A stretch of DNA of 64,000 nucleotides from Coraliomargarita sp. (GCA_965216325.1 OZ244160.1:416001-480000), one strand, 5' to 3'. Positions 29,697 through 40,834 are shown, counted from the stretch's first letter. Translations and numbers: made by a program. Notes: a model not told the origin generated them from the sequence alone.

Positions 29697-32600
29697 ATGA
29701 AATTGTTGAAATCTGATTTAAAAAACATACTAATTGCCTACGTTTTATTTTGTATATCGATGCTAGGCAACACTCTTGTCGCGCAAGAGTACTCGTTTGG
29801 TAATGAGCGTTTAACTCTGACCATAGGCGCCGATGGCTTGCTGAAGAATGCAAGCTCTTATGGAACTAATTTGTCCGGAGATTTCAGTGAACTTGGTTCG
29901 CTTTTTCGAGTTGAACTATTGGAGAACGTTTACGGTCTTGAGGATGGAACACGCAGAACACTCGACCTACGGCCGATTGCGGAAGACAATGGGGTGATCA
30001 CTCTCGTACCCGAGACGGAGAGTTTGCCGCAGTTTACGTTCACAACCATCGATAAGGGGGCCTATTTTGTGCTGGAGCTTACCTCCATGCAGAATCCCAC
30101 GCAGGAGCATGCAATCGAACTGACCATGGTGGATATTGACGGTACCTATTGGCTGCCTCTTGACAGCGTAACTAAGAAGACCACCAGACGGGGAAACAAT
30201 CCCACTTTCATGGGTGTCCTGCAAAGAAGTCCACAGAACCCACTGGGCAGCATTGCGATGTGGACTCCAGGTGAGGATTGGGATGACGTTCTTTATCAAA
30301 TCTGGACGACAGAAGACATCCCGCATCCGAAAGTTGATGGAGAATGGACCATTGAACGGGCACAAGAGTGGATTGCTGAATATATAAGCGTCATACGCGG
30401 GGAGTCTGCCAACGAGTCAGCTTCTCAAGGCAATGTCGGTTATCACAACCAGATGATCATCGGACCTAAAGCACCCGAAGATCTCCAGCCGCTTGTTGAT
30501 GTAGCTACAGCATTTGGTATGAATTATATATATATGCATCTGAACTCCTGGGCGGGTAGATATTGGCCCAGTGACAGGGATAACTGGGATGTGAATCTGG
30601 ATGTTTTCTCCGGAGGTCAACAGGATATGTTCAACTTTGCAGACAGTCTTCAAAGTGAGGGTAAACGGCTCACGTACAGGACACTCAGTTACGGACTGGG
30701 CCTAGAACACCCGGAATACCTGGCGAAGGATAATATCAACACGAACCTGGCTTCCTGGTGGCAGGGTACTTTGGCCGGGGATATAGACACCAGTGCGACG
30801 GAAATTACGGTGGCACAGGGCAACGAACACTTCACGCATTATGATGCGGACCGCCGTTGGTCGGAAATTTTCAACATGAAGCTCATGCAGATTGGCAATG
30901 AACTTGTTACTTTTCAATCGTACGTGAATAATGGGGACGGGACGTGGACACTGCATGGGTGTGTGCGTGGAATTGGTAGAACAGAGGCGGTCGCCCACAC
31001 GGGTGGTGAGGTCGCGAAAGGACTCTATCGAATCTACGGTCAGGCACTTGCTCCGGATCCCGACAGCATCTTGCTGGAGGAGATGGCCCAGCGTCATGCT
31101 CAATTCCTGAATGACACCAAAGCAGCTGAGGCGAGTTTTGATGGCGTGGAAGTGCACGAAATGATGTATTATTATGGGGACACGAAGTATACAGGAGAAG
31201 TATACAGCCGCCTGGACCACCCGGTTTTAGGCTCCACTTCCGGAGCTCAGTTAACCTGGGGGTTCTACGAGACCTTATTCAATGCCGTCAGAGATGTGGA
31301 TAACACCGGCGGTCTTGAGATTCCCATAGGAATACCATACGCCGCAGACATGAAGATCGGTCTGCATCAAAGCCACTGGAATGCGAGTAGCCCGTATGCT
31401 TATGCATGGGCAATTCCTGCAAATGCCGCCGCAGGTAATGCAATTCAACTCTCCGGACAGGATGGTTTTCAAAACGTAACCATGGAGATGATCAATAACC
31501 ATGGGCTTGTTGACCATTATGCACAAGTATGTAATCAGTGGAGCAGGTGGGGTTCAGACCTTCCAACAGAGATCAAGGAACGGATATTCTCATCATGGCG
31601 TGCGTTACCTGGCCAGAGATATAGCTTGGTTGACGAAACATTCCGTTTTGAAGGGGAAGAGGACAACCTCTATATCGTTCCATTCAGGATGTTGATGCAG
31701 ACGAACGGACTCGATAAAACCTGGACCTATTTTCAGGAGCACGGAACCGTTTACCCCTATCAATATTTCCGCCCGGGGCAGAGTGAGACCATGGTCGTCC
31801 ATAATCCCTATCACTGTCAGAACCCCGAGTTTATTATACGGGTGATGTCGGACTTTGACCGGGAGATCACTGAAGGCAGTAGTCATCTGATTACCCCTGA
31901 TCCGTCGGCAATTGTAAACAAGGGGATCCACTCCTTTGACCCGGATGGAGCCGGAGTCAGGATTTCGGTGACGAATGATGCAAGCGAAGTTTTGACGGTG
32001 AATCAGAGCGAAGCTCTCCCTGGTTACAGTGTCAACACCGGCATCACAGGTGCTGGAGGCCTGGGAGTTGTCGTTACGGGCGACGGCAGCAATGCTCTGC
32101 TCGTCATCCGCGTCAGCGGAGAAGGTACTCGAGACTATATTGTACCTCTGGATTTTACAGGACAACGCTATGTTGAGATTGCGTCACCGCAGGTGTCATG
32201 GACTAATTCCCGTTGGGGTTTTGTCGATGCCCACAAACGCTGGAGAGGTAATTGGATACGGAATGTCAACATATGGCTGGACCAGGTTCCTGCCAATACG
32301 ACCTCATCGATCGTAGTCGAGGATATACGCTTTCTACCGGAACAGGCATCGGCTCTAGTGAACCCCTCTATTGCGTTCGGTGACGGTTCTTTAGAGATAG
32401 ATGGGACAATCCCCTCCGACCGTTATCTGTGGTATCAAGGCGGAAGTACGGTTGGTGTGTATGATTTGAACTGGAATAAGCTTGAAGATCTGAGAGTAAA
32501 AGGAACGAATTCCCGAAGTTCGGTTGGGGATATAGATATATCGATCACCAATAATAATGGAGGTAATGATCCATGGCTTGAGGTTCAGTTCTTTGCCCAG

Positions 32601-35600
32601 GACCGACCGATGTCTGTATTGGGAAATGGAACCTTGGCTGCAGCCGACATACAGGTTACGGGCAACGGTCTTCAGATTGATGCCGGGGACTTTCCGGAGA
32701 TTGCCCTGGGAACAGATTTTGGACAAGTCACGTCTCCAGTCTCGCAGCTGTTCACGATTACAAACCAGTCCAGCTCAACGACCCTCAATCTCACAGGCTC
32801 ACCATACGTAACCCTCACCAGTGGTAGCGGCTTCACCCTAACCCAGGATGCCTCGATCGGGGCGATCCCACCACTCGGGTCGACCACCTTTGAAATTACC
32901 TATGATGCCGGTGTGGGCTTGCACACCGCGCAGGTATCGATTGCCAGCTCGGATCCTAACCTTCCGGCTTATACCTTTGATATCCAGGGATTCAGTTTTG
33001 GCGAGCCTGTCGTGGTCAACCAGGGAGCAACTGTCGGTGACGTCAGCGCAACCCTGGAAGGGCAACTGACTCAGGGAGCTCGAGCCGATGCCATTATTTA
33101 CTGGGGGACCAGCGATGGAGGTACGACTCCCGGGAACTGGGAGCATGCAGAAACGATCGGTTCGGTCAATGAAGGTGAAATCTTCTCCAGTGAGCTGACG
33201 GGGTTGGTATCTGGCCGCCAGTATTACTACCGATGCTATACGTCCAACGCCAAGGGCGAGGCCTGGGCAACATCAACGACTCCGTTCCAGACAGCGATTC
33301 CCACTGCACTGCCGGTAACCATGGTGCGTTGGGGCGCTCCCGGTGGGGAAGATATCCTGACTGCCGATGTAGGAGTTAACTCAACAAGCACGTATGATCC
33401 TGTCACTCCGCGAAGCCCCGCCTTGGGTAGCAATGGATATTATATAACCGACATGTCCAACCGTACGCCGGTTATTTACGGAGCACATCAGGCAAATCTT
33501 GAGTTCGTGAACTCCGGGACGACGGATTCGGCACGGCTGGCAAAGTATATGGCCATAGGTGAAACATTCAAAGCGATGCTCGTTTGGAAGAAGGAAGACT
33601 TCAAGGCGGACCTTCCCGTAACCGTGACCAATTTGAAGCTGAATATCTCGGGACCGACAGACTTGAGCTATGAGAACCGCTGGGTGGTTGAAAAGGCTGG
33701 CCAGTTCTATATCAGCGATCAAACCTTCGCGACCGGTGACTTGGATGTGGATGCTTCCACGCTGACGTGGAGCGAATATACGCCGTTAAACGGTGGAGTC
33801 GATAGTATTGGGGCTGCTGCTTCGATCACACTGTATGACCTTGATTCAATCGGCTTCTATATTACTGCAGAACGCACAGCGTTTACGGAAGGCAACTGGA
33901 TGCGTCCGTCTTTTAATTACTTTGCTGTTGATGGTGACGAAGATCCCGACTTGAGCGCGACCGTCTACTACGTCAACTACGTGGCTGGCCCGAACGGAAG
34001 CATCTCCGGCGAGGCGACACAGGAAGTGCTCTATAACGGCAGTACAACGGCAGTGACCGCCATACCGGATGCCAACTATGAATTTACGGGCTGGAGTGAC
34101 GGCAGTACAGCCACCCCACGGTCAGATGACAACGTAACAACCAGCCAGACCTATACGGCCCAATTTGCAGTGATACCTCCGGTTGTGGTAAATGTCGGGG
34201 CGACCGGTAGTCAAGGCGGTGCCACCTTGGAGGGACAACTGACTCAGGGGGGCAGTGCTGATGCCTGGATCTATTGGGGCGCCAGCGACGGCGGCACCAC
34301 TGCCGGAAACTGGGATAACGCAGAATCAATCGGTTCGGTCACCGCAGGTGAAACCTTCTCCAAGGTGCTGAGCGACCTGGTGGTTGGTCGCCAGTATTAC
34401 TACCGTTGCTACGTATCCGATTCCAACGGTAACTATGACTGGGCAGAATCAACGGGTCAGTTCACGACCGAAGCCCCTGTTGCGCAGTCCGTGACCATGG
34501 TGCGTTGGGGAGCACCCGGCGGAGAGGATATTGTAACCGCCAACACCAGTAAGAACTCAACGGGCACCTATGATCCAGCCACTCCACGAAGTCCAGAACT
34601 TGGCGGTGCCGAGGGGTATTATGTTACCGACATGACTAACCGCACGCCGGTTATTTATGGAGCGCACCAGGCGCTTCTTGAAATCCGGAACAACGGGACG
34701 GCGGATTATGCATGGCTGGCAAAATACATGAGTGTCGGAAACACCATGAAGAATATGATCATATGGAAGAAGGAAGACTTCAAGTCGACCCTTGCCGTAA
34801 CCGTTACCAATTTGAAGCTGAATCTTTCCGGTCCAACTGACTTGGTCTACCAGAACCGCTGGGTGGTGGAGAAGTCTGGCCAGTTCTATATCAGCGATCA
34901 AACCTTTACGACCGGCGACTTGGATGTGGATGTTTCCACGCTGACGTGGAGCGAGTATACGCCGCTGAACGGTGGGGTCGATAGTATTGGAGCTGCTGCT
35001 GCGATCACATTATACGACCTTGATTCAGTCGGGTTTTATATAAACGCAGAACGCACTGCGTTTACAGAAGGCAACTGGATGCGACCGTCATTCAACTACT
35101 TTGCGGTGGAAGGTCTTGAAGACCCCGACTTGAGCGCGACCGTCAACTACGTCAACTACGTAGCCGGCCCGAACGGAAGCATCTCCGGCGAGGCGACACA
35201 GGAAGTACTCTATGACGGCAGCACAACAGCGGTAAGCGCCATACCGGATGCCAACTATGAATTTACGGGCTGGAGTGACGGCAGCACAGCCAATCCCCGG
35301 TCGGATGCCAACGTAACAAGTACCCAGACCTATACGGCAAACTTTGCAGTGATACCTCCAGCTGTGACAAATATCGGGGCGACCGGAACCCAGGGTGGTG
35401 CTACCCTGGAAGGACAACTGACTCAGGGAGTCAGTGCTGATGCAATTATTTACTGGGGCGCCAGTGATGGAGGCACAACTCCCGCTGACTGGGATAACGC
35501 TGAATCACTCGGTTCGGTCACCGAGGGAGTCACCTTCACCAAGGGGCTTACTGGCCTGGTAAGTGGACGACAGTACTACTATCGCTGCTACGTGTCCAAT

Positions 35601-37835
35601 GCCAACGGCAGCGACTGGGCAGAAACAACTGGCCTATTCAAGGCCGCAAAACCCGAAGCGCAGCCGGTTACCATGGTGCGTTGGGGTGCTTCAGGAGGGG
35701 AAGATATTCTTAATGCGAACGTAGTAATAAACTCAACGGGCACTTATGACCCAGCCGTGCCGCGAAGCCCCGCCTTGGGTGCCGGTGGGTATTATATTAC
35801 AGACATGAGCAATCGAACACCGGTCATCTACGGTGCGCACCAGTGCAATCTGGAGTTCCGTAACAATGGAACTGCGGATTATACTTGGCTGGCAAAATAC
35901 ATGGCCCTTGGAGATACATTCAAGGCGATGCTTGTGTGGAAAAAACAGGACTTCCTGGCGGAGCGGAGCGTCACGGTCACCCGTTTAAAATTGAATTTCT
36001 CCGGTCCTGCTGACCTAGGTTATACAAACCGTTGGATCGTTGAAAAATCCGGGCAATTCTACATCAGCGATCAAACCTTCACGACCGGTGATTTGGATGT
36101 CGATGCTACCACGCTGACGTGGAGCGAGTATACGCCGCTGAACGGTGGGGTCGATAGTATTGGAGCTGCTGCTGCGATCACATTATACGACCTTGATTCA
36201 GTCGGGTTCTATGTAAACGTTGAACGTACTGCGTTCACGCAAGGCAACTGGATGCGACCGTCATTCAACCACTTTACGGTGGAAGGTCTTGAAGACCCCG
36301 ACTTGAGCGCGACCGTCAACTACGTCCACTATGCGGCTGGCCCGAACGGGAGTATTACGGGTACTACAACCCAGGAGGTGTCCTATGGAGGTAGCACTAC
36401 ATCTGTTGCAGCTACACCAAATGCCGGCTATGAGTTTGTTGACTGGAGTGATGGCAGTACGGCCAACCCGCGTTCCGATACCAATGTGACGAGCAGCCAG
36501 ACCTATACGGCTAACTTTGCACCGATAGCGCCCGTAGTGGTCTACGTGGCCGGCCCGAACGGGAGTATTATCGGCGCGCCGCCCATCACTGTCAGCTACA
36601 CGGACCAGGAGACCGACATTGTCAACACGGGTGTGGGCAACTTAGTACAGGCTCAGAATTTTGGTGGCACGGGCTCCGTGACCATCAATGGCATTCTTCA
36701 CGCCAATAATAATAGCGCGTTAACCCCGGCTTCTTTCCCTGGGCCTTGGGGTAATCCCGATTCCGGCACCTTTACCGGAGACATGTTCAAGCTCCTTGAT
36801 GGGATAGCGGGCAGCGATACAGCAGCAGCGTCCACGGTCACCATTTCCGGACTGACCCCCGGTGAGACCTATCTCTTCCAAGCCTACTGGCTGGTGAATG
36901 ACAATTTCGGCACTCGCACGATGAACGTTAACCTCGAGGGGGAGACGCTCACTAACATCAGTGCCAATACAGCAGCGAACGAGTTCGTGCTGATTTCCTA
37001 CACCTACACAGCCACTGATGACACCTTCGTAGGTACCTTTGAGGATTTTGGCGGCAACGAATGGTTGCAAGGATTTTCGCTGCAGGTCGCGCCTGAGCCA
37101 GCTTCGATAACAACCCAGGAGGTGCCCTATGGAGGTAGCACTACCCCGGTGACAGCCACGCCAGACGCCGGCTATGAGTTTGTTGACTGGAGTGATGGCA
37201 GCACCGCCAACCCACGTTCCGATACCAATGTGACGAGCAGCCAGACCTATACGGCCAATTTTGCGCTTGTTACTTTAAATCAGACGTCAATGGTTTCCAT
37301 AAGCTCAGAGAGCACAGTCGAAAGTACCGGTGATCCGCAATTGACACCTTCATTCAGCACAGTGGATGAGTTGATTAATTCCGGTTATATCTATACCATA
37401 ACCCGTTTGGATGCAACAGAGGAAGAGGTTCAGATTGAACCAGTGATGTCAGAGGTGTTCGAAGATGTTTACATATATCAAGAGAATGATGCTGGTTACA
37501 TGGTCGGTTATGTAATCTCCAACGACACAACCATCGGTATGATCATCGATCCAGATGACAACTACTGGTTCACTGCCACGTTGGGCGGTACAATCAGCAC
37601 AGCAGAATCAATAAACAATGACAACCTGATCGTCGGTTCAGCCACTGATGTAGACGAAAACAGCAGAGCTGTGATCTGGGATTTAAACAACACCGTAATC
37701 GATCTGAACAGTCTGCTCAGCGAAGAAGATGCACAGATATGGATGCTCGAGTACGCAGTTGATATCAGTGATGATGGGGTAATCATCGGTGTTGGTACCG
37801 TCTCAGGAGAAAGAGCGGTGTTTGAACTGAAATAA
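29697..37835 (+). CDS. Giant modular secreted protein: unknown ~970-aa N-terminal region, choice-of-anchor D-like domain, three ~390-aa repeats (FN3-like, unknown, InlB-B/Flg_new-like), an inserted PEP-CTERM-type domain, and a HAF-like C-terminus
   Basis: Signal peptide; GTDFGQV...FTITN; repeats start near 33003, 34175 and 35355 (LEGQLTQG..YWG.SDGGT, MVRWGA, AGPNGSI...GYEF..WSDG); C-terminal IDLNSLL...AVDISDDGVIIGVG. Confidence 0.85.
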   Translation: MKLLKSDLKNILIAYVLFCISMLGNTLVAQEYSFGNERLTLTIGADGLLKNASSYGTNLSGDFSELGSLFRVELLENVYGLEDGTRRTLDLRPIAEDNGVITLVPETESLPQFTFTTIDKGAYFVLELTSMQNPTQEHAIELTMVDIDGTYWLPLDSVTKKTTRRGNNPTFMGVLQRSPQNPLGSIAMWTPGEDWDDVLYQIWTTEDIPHPKVDGEWTIERAQEWIAEYISVIRGESANESASQGNVGYHNQMIIGPKAPEDLQPLVDVATAFGMNYIYMHLNSWAGRYWPSDRDNWDVNLDVFSGGQQDMFNFADSLQSEGKRLTYRTLSYGLGLEHPEYLAKDNINTNLASWWQGTLAGDIDTSATEITVAQGNEHFTHYDADRRWSEIFNMKLMQIGNELVTFQSYVNNGDGTWTLHGCVRGIGRTEAVAHTGGEVAKGLYRIYGQALAPDPDSILLEEMAQRHAQFLNDTKAAEASFDGVEVHEMMYYYGDTKYTGEVYSRLDHPVLGSTSGAQLTWGFYETLFNAVRDVDNTGGLEIPIGIPYAADMKIGLHQSHWNASSPYAYAWAIPANAAAGNAIQLSGQDGFQNVTMEMINNHGLVDHYAQVCNQWSRWGSDLPTEIKERIFSSWRALPGQRYSLVDETFRFEGEEDNLYIVPFRMLMQTNGLDKTWTYFQEHGTVYPYQYFRPGQSETMVVHNPYHCQNPEFIIRVMSDFDREITEGSSHLITPDPSAIVNKGIHSFDPDGAGVRISVTNDASEVLTVNQSEALPGYSVNTGITGAGGLGVVVTGDGSNALLVIRVSGEGTRDYIVPLDFTGQRYVEIASPQVSWTNSRWGFVDAHKRWRGNWIRNVNIWLDQVPANTTSSIVVEDIRFLPEQASALVNPSIAFGDGSLEIDGTIPSDRYLWYQGGSTVGVYDLNWNKLEDLRVKGTNSRSSVGDIDISITNNNGGNDPWLEVQFFAQDRPMSVLGNGTLAAADIQVTGNGLQIDAGDFPEIALGTDFGQVTSPVSQLFTITNQSSSTTLNLTGSPYVTLTSGSGFTLTQDASIGAIPPLGSTTFEITYDAGVGLHTAQVSIASSDPNLPAYTFDIQGFSFGEPVVVNQGATVGDVSATLEGQLTQGARADAIIYWGTSDGGTTPGNWEHAETIGSVNEGEIFSSELTGLVSGRQYYYRCYTSNAKGEAWATSTTPFQTAIPTALPVTMVRWGAPGGEDILTADVGVNSTSTYDPVTPRSPALGSNGYYITDMSNRTPVIYGAHQANLEFVNSGTTDSARLAKYMAIGETFKAMLVWKKEDFKADLPVTVTNLKLNISGPTDLSYENRWVVEKAGQFYISDQTFATGDLDVDASTLTWSEYTPLNGGVDSIGAAASITLYDLDSIGFYITAERTAFTEGNWMRPSFNYFAVDGDEDPDLSATVYYVNYVAGPNGSISGEATQEVLYNGSTTAVTAIPDANYEFTGWSDGSTATPRSDDNVTTSQTYTAQFAVIPPVVVNVGATGSQGGATLEGQLTQGGSADAWIYWGASDGGTTAGNWDNAESIGSVTAGETFSKVLSDLVVGRQYYYRCYVSDSNGNYDWAESTGQFTTEAPVAQSVTMVRWGAPGGEDIVTANTSKNSTGTYDPATPRSPELGGAEGYYVTDMTNRTPVIYGAHQALLEIRNNGTADYAWLAKYMSVGNTMKNMIIWKKEDFKSTLAVTVTNLKLNLSGPTDLVYQNRWVVEKSGQFYISDQTFTTGDLDVDVSTLTWSEYTPLNGGVDSIGAAAAITLYDLDSVGFYINAERTAFTEGNWMRPSFNYFAVEGLEDPDLSATVNYVNYVAGPNGSISGEATQEVLYDGSTTAVSAIPDANYEFTGWSDGSTANPRSDANVTSTQTYTANFAVIPPAVTNIGATGTQGGATLEGQLTQGVSADAIIYWGASDGGTTPADWDNAESLGSVTEGVTFTKGLTGLVSGRQYYYRCYVSNANGSDWAETTGLFKAAKPEAQPVTMVRWGASGGEDILNANVVINSTGTYDPAVPRSPALGAGGYYITDMSNRTPVIYGAHQCNLEFRNNGTADYTWLAKYMALGDTFKAMLVWKKQDFLAERSVTVTRLKLNFSGPADLGYTNRWIVEKSGQFYISDQTFTTGDLDVDATTLTWSEYTPLNGGVDSIGAAAAITLYDLDSVGFYVNVERTAFTQGNWMRPSFNHFTVEGLEDPDLSATVNYVHYAAGPNGSITGTTTQEVSYGGSTTSVAATPNAGYEFVDWSDGSTANPRSDTNVTSSQTYTANFAPIAPVVVYVAGPNGSIIGAPPITVSYTDQETDIVNTGVGNLVQAQNFGGTGSVTINGILHANNNSALTPASFPGPWGNPDSGTFTGDMFKLLDGIAGSDTAAASTVTISGLTPGETYLFQAYWLVNDNFGTRTMNVNLEGETLTNISANTAANEFVLISYTYTATDDTFVGTFEDFGGNEWLQGFSLQVAPEPASITTQEVPYGGSTTPVTATPDAGYEFVDWSDGSTANPRSDTNVTSSQTYTANFALVTLNQTSMVSISSESTVESTGDPQLTPSFSTVDELINSGYIYTITRLDATEEEVQIEPVMSEVFEDVYIYQENDAGYMVGYVISNDTTIGMIIDPDDNYWFTATLGGTISTAESINNDNLIVGSATDVDENSRAVIWDLNNTVIDLNSLLSEEDAQIWMLEYAVDISDDGVIIGVGTVSGERAVFELK

Positions 37836-37846
37836 TACCACTTTAC

Positions 37847-38059
37847 AAAAATTCTGAGCCTATAGCGAGAGTTGAGAGTTGTTCTGGCAAGGCGGGTGCC
37901 TCCAGTTGGGGCAAGACCCCGAGCTTGCTGAGGGGCTGGAGGCGACCAACGCAGCCAACGCTAGTTGCTCTCCTGTCGCTTTGCGATGCGCCGCTTTGAG
38001 CCTTCCGCTGCGTTAGCCCAGCAGGCTCAAAGCCGCTGCACCATAGGCTCAAGAATTTT
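37847..38059. repeat. MITE/REP-like element between convergent genes
   Basis: Terminal IR AAAATTCTGAGCCTAT / ATAGGCTCAAGAATTTT with internal hairpins. Confidence 0.55.
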
Positions 38060-38215
38060 TCAAAGTGGTATTATGTCTTATGAAAAAGGGTCGCGCTGCA
38101 CCCTCTGGGGGCGCATCCGGACACTACCAATGGATTGTTGCGAAGGTACGCTCGGCCTGAGGACAGGCCTGCGCTACCCTACAATAACGGAATTTCGCAT
38201 TAATTAGACACCCTC

Positions 38216-38863
38216 TTAGATCATACCCTTGCGAATGCCGGCCGCGACAGCCGCTGCGACGTTGGGGACTTGTAGCTTTTTATAGATGCTTTCGGTGTAT
38301 TGCGATATCGTTCGATAACTGACATCCATGCGTTCGGCGACTTCTTTTTTAACATAGCCCATCGCCAATAACTCGAGCACTTGTAGTTCTCGCTTGGTGA
38401 GGACATTTTCATCATCGACTTCAGTGTTGCCACTGAGTGCCTTCAACACAATTTTTGAAAGCTGCGGGTCAATGATGCAGTGACCTTGGTGAAGCTCGGC
38501 GATGGCCTCGCGGATCGATGCGATGGGCGAGTCCTTAAGTAGATAGCCAGCGACTCCCAGCCGGATGGCTTCAATGGTGGTGTGGTAGTTATTGTTCTGA
38601 GTGAGTATCAGGATATTCGCCTCCGGCAGCTCCTTGCGTATGATCGGGACTAACTGAAGGCCGCTTTTTTCCGGTAGGTTCAGGTCTAAAAGGACGATGT
38701 CGATGACTTGGTTACAATTATCATTGAGGGTCTCCAGGAAGTCTTCTGCGCTGTTATAGCTCGCAACAAATTCCATTTGCTCGGAGACTGAAATCATCGT
38801 TTGCAATGACTGGGTGTATTGAGGGTTATCCTCGATGATTAATATTTTGATGGTTTCTGACAT
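38216..38863 (-). CDS. NarL/FixJ family response regulator (REC plus LuxR HTH)
   Basis: ILIIEDN, VLLDLNLP, GYLLKDS, LTKRELQVLELLAMG...IYKKLQV. Confidence 0.95.
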   Translation of the reverse strand: MSETIKILIIEDNPQYTQSLQTMISVSEQMEFVASYNSAEDFLETLNDNCNQVIDIVLLDLNLPEKSGLQLVPIIRKELPEANILILTQNNNYHTTIEAIRLGVAGYLLKDSPIASIREAIAELHQGHCIIDPQLSKIVLKALSGNTEVDDENVLTKRELQVLELLAMGYVKKEVAERMDVSYRTISQYTESIYKKLQVPNVAAAVAAGIRKGMI

Positions 38864-38866
38864 GAT

Positions 38867-40834
38867 TTATTTTTTGAGCTTTAGTCGGATGCGGGTGCCT
38901 TGCTCTGGTCGTGATTCGAAGTTGAGTTGGGCACCTAGGCGCTTTGCGCGGATATCTAAGTGGCGTGGGGGGATGTCGCTCCCCGAAATGCCTTTCCCGT
39001 CGTCACAAATACTGAGCTCGATGCATCCGGCGTTCCGTCGAGTCTGGATTTCAACATGGCTGGCCTGAGCATGCTTGCAGATGTTATTAAGTGCTTCCTT
39101 GATGAACATTAATAGATCCCATTGCTTGGCAGGACTTAGTCTTTTTGAAGGCCCTAAGACTTCAAGCTTACAGCTATAATCAATCCCAGACAACAGCTGT
39201 TGCGCCATTTTACGAATCTGGGAATTGACATCAAAATTAGCCTTCTTGGATTCGAGGAATTGCACGAAGTTTCGAGTCTCCCGCGACGTGAGGCGTGCGG
39301 TATGAATGGTATCTTCGAGCATTTTATGTTGAATGCTCGTCGGGTGCGGAATGGTTTCTTTAATGAGTTCCGTCATGTGCACCAAGCTACTGGTATTGGC
39401 TCCGATTTCATCATGCAGATCACAGGCGATGCGATCTCGGATGAGGAGCCAACGCCGGTTCGCGAGCAGCTTAATCAGCAACATTAAGATCACTAAGGTG
39501 ATGATGACTCCAAATGCGGTGACGCTGATAAATTGTGACCGCTGACGTGCTTGGCTTTCGGCAAACAGTAAGCGCTCCCGTTCCTGCCTTTGGGCGAGCA
39601 GTAAATCCTGTTCCAAACTCGTCAACGTTCGATCCAATTCGGCTCGGCGTGTGATGGTGATGATCCATTCGCGCAGGGGGATGATTACGCCTTCAGCTGT
39701 GAGCCCATTGGAGAGTTGGCTCACATCCGAGCTTTCATGCGCACGCGGAAGCGTGAATTTTGTTGTGACAAGTTCTCCCTTCTCAAGGACTTCGATCTCG
39801 CTTAGGTCTAATTTCCTAAATCTTTCACCTCGAAATTCGGGGACAGGCTTGCTGAGATGCAGACGAAAGTAGCGCCCTTCGTTTTGCTTAATCCGCAGCA
39901 TCAATGGGCTTGATCCCGGCCTTGGCATACGATCGCCACTTGCATAGATGAGTGTGCCGGCGGTGTCGTCTGCTGCGTTCAGCTTTTCCAGGCGAATCTG
40001 TGTCGGAAATCCGATGCCGCTGGAGACTGGAAAATGGTGCTGAGCTGAGTGCACTACGGGCCAGAGGCGCAATTCATCAAATTGGCGTATCTCGCCCAAA
40101 TCAAGTAGAAGTGTGAGTGTCTCATGCCAGGAATAAAAGTTAGCATACGGAGTCTTCAGATTTCTATGGATAGGCGACAACAGGCTAAAGCCATCGGTCA
40201 GACATTTCTGATGCCAAACATAACCGTAGTTACTCGTCTGAGGGGCACGGACCTTGGCACCCAAGGCGACATTCCAAGGACCTGAGAATGCGTAGATTTC
40301 GCTGAGAGCAGTGATGTAGTCGCCGTGCCACCAAGTCGGGTTGTCGGCTTGCTGCAATACCGTCAGTCGTAGCCCTGCAGCGTAAACAGGGGTCTCTAAT
40401 GGGAATAGTTGCGGCTCAATGCCGCTCACCAAGTAATCACGCTCGCTGTAATCGACGATGATCTCGCCGGATCCATCCGCGAGCAAACGCTCGATAATGA
40501 AACGCTCTGGAAACCCAAAGACTTCGACCTGATCGGCGTTTGTTCGGTAGTTACAGGGCATTAAGGCAATCAGATCGATTGTGGCCGGTGTCACAAAGTG
40601 CAGGTCGATGTCTATTCGGTGATCTTTGGGCTGACCCATACTTAAACGATACCCCAGTGTCCATGGAGTCGGGTTGGGCATGAGTTCGGGTAACGATTGC
40701 GCCTCAGCGTGTAATGCATCAATTTCCTGCTGAATTGAATTTATGCTGCGGAATTCCTGCGCCGTAATTTTTGCATAGGCCCCCATCATCACAAGGTAAA
40801 GGATGCTGCAGATTGGGGGAATTTTGAGGCTCAT
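38867..40834 (-). CDS. HisKA_3-type sensor histidine kinase with a large extracytoplasmic discoidin-like sensor region
   Basis: RIACDLHDEIG, KEALNNICKHA, ICDDGKG, GTRI; one TM helix; N-terminal LSEI...NVALGAKV...LTDG motifs. Confidence 0.9.
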   Translation of the reverse strand: MSLKIPPICSILYLVMMGAYAKITAQEFRSINSIQQEIDALHAEAQSLPELMPNPTPWTLGYRLSMGQPKDHRIDIDLHFVTPATIDLIALMPCNYRTNADQVEVFGFPERFIIERLLADGSGEIIVDYSERDYLVSGIEPQLFPLETPVYAAGLRLTVLQQADNPTWWHGDYITALSEIYAFSGPWNVALGAKVRAPQTSNYGYVWHQKCLTDGFSLLSPIHRNLKTPYANFYSWHETLTLLLDLGEIRQFDELRLWPVVHSAQHHFPVSSGIGFPTQIRLEKLNAADDTAGTLIYASGDRMPRPGSSPLMLRIKQNEGRYFRLHLSKPVPEFRGERFRKLDLSEIEVLEKGELVTTKFTLPRAHESSDVSQLSNGLTAEGVIIPLREWIITITRRAELDRTLTSLEQDLLLAQRQERERLLFAESQARQRSQFISVTAFGVIITLVILMLLIKLLANRRWLLIRDRIACDLHDEIGANTSSLVHMTELIKETIPHPTSIQHKMLEDTIHTARLTSRETRNFVQFLESKKANFDVNSQIRKMAQQLLSGIDYSCKLEVLGPSKRLSPAKQWDLLMFIKEALNNICKHAQASHVEIQTRRNAGCIELSICDDGKGISGSDIPPRHLDIRAKRLGAQLNFESRPEQGTRIRLKLKK

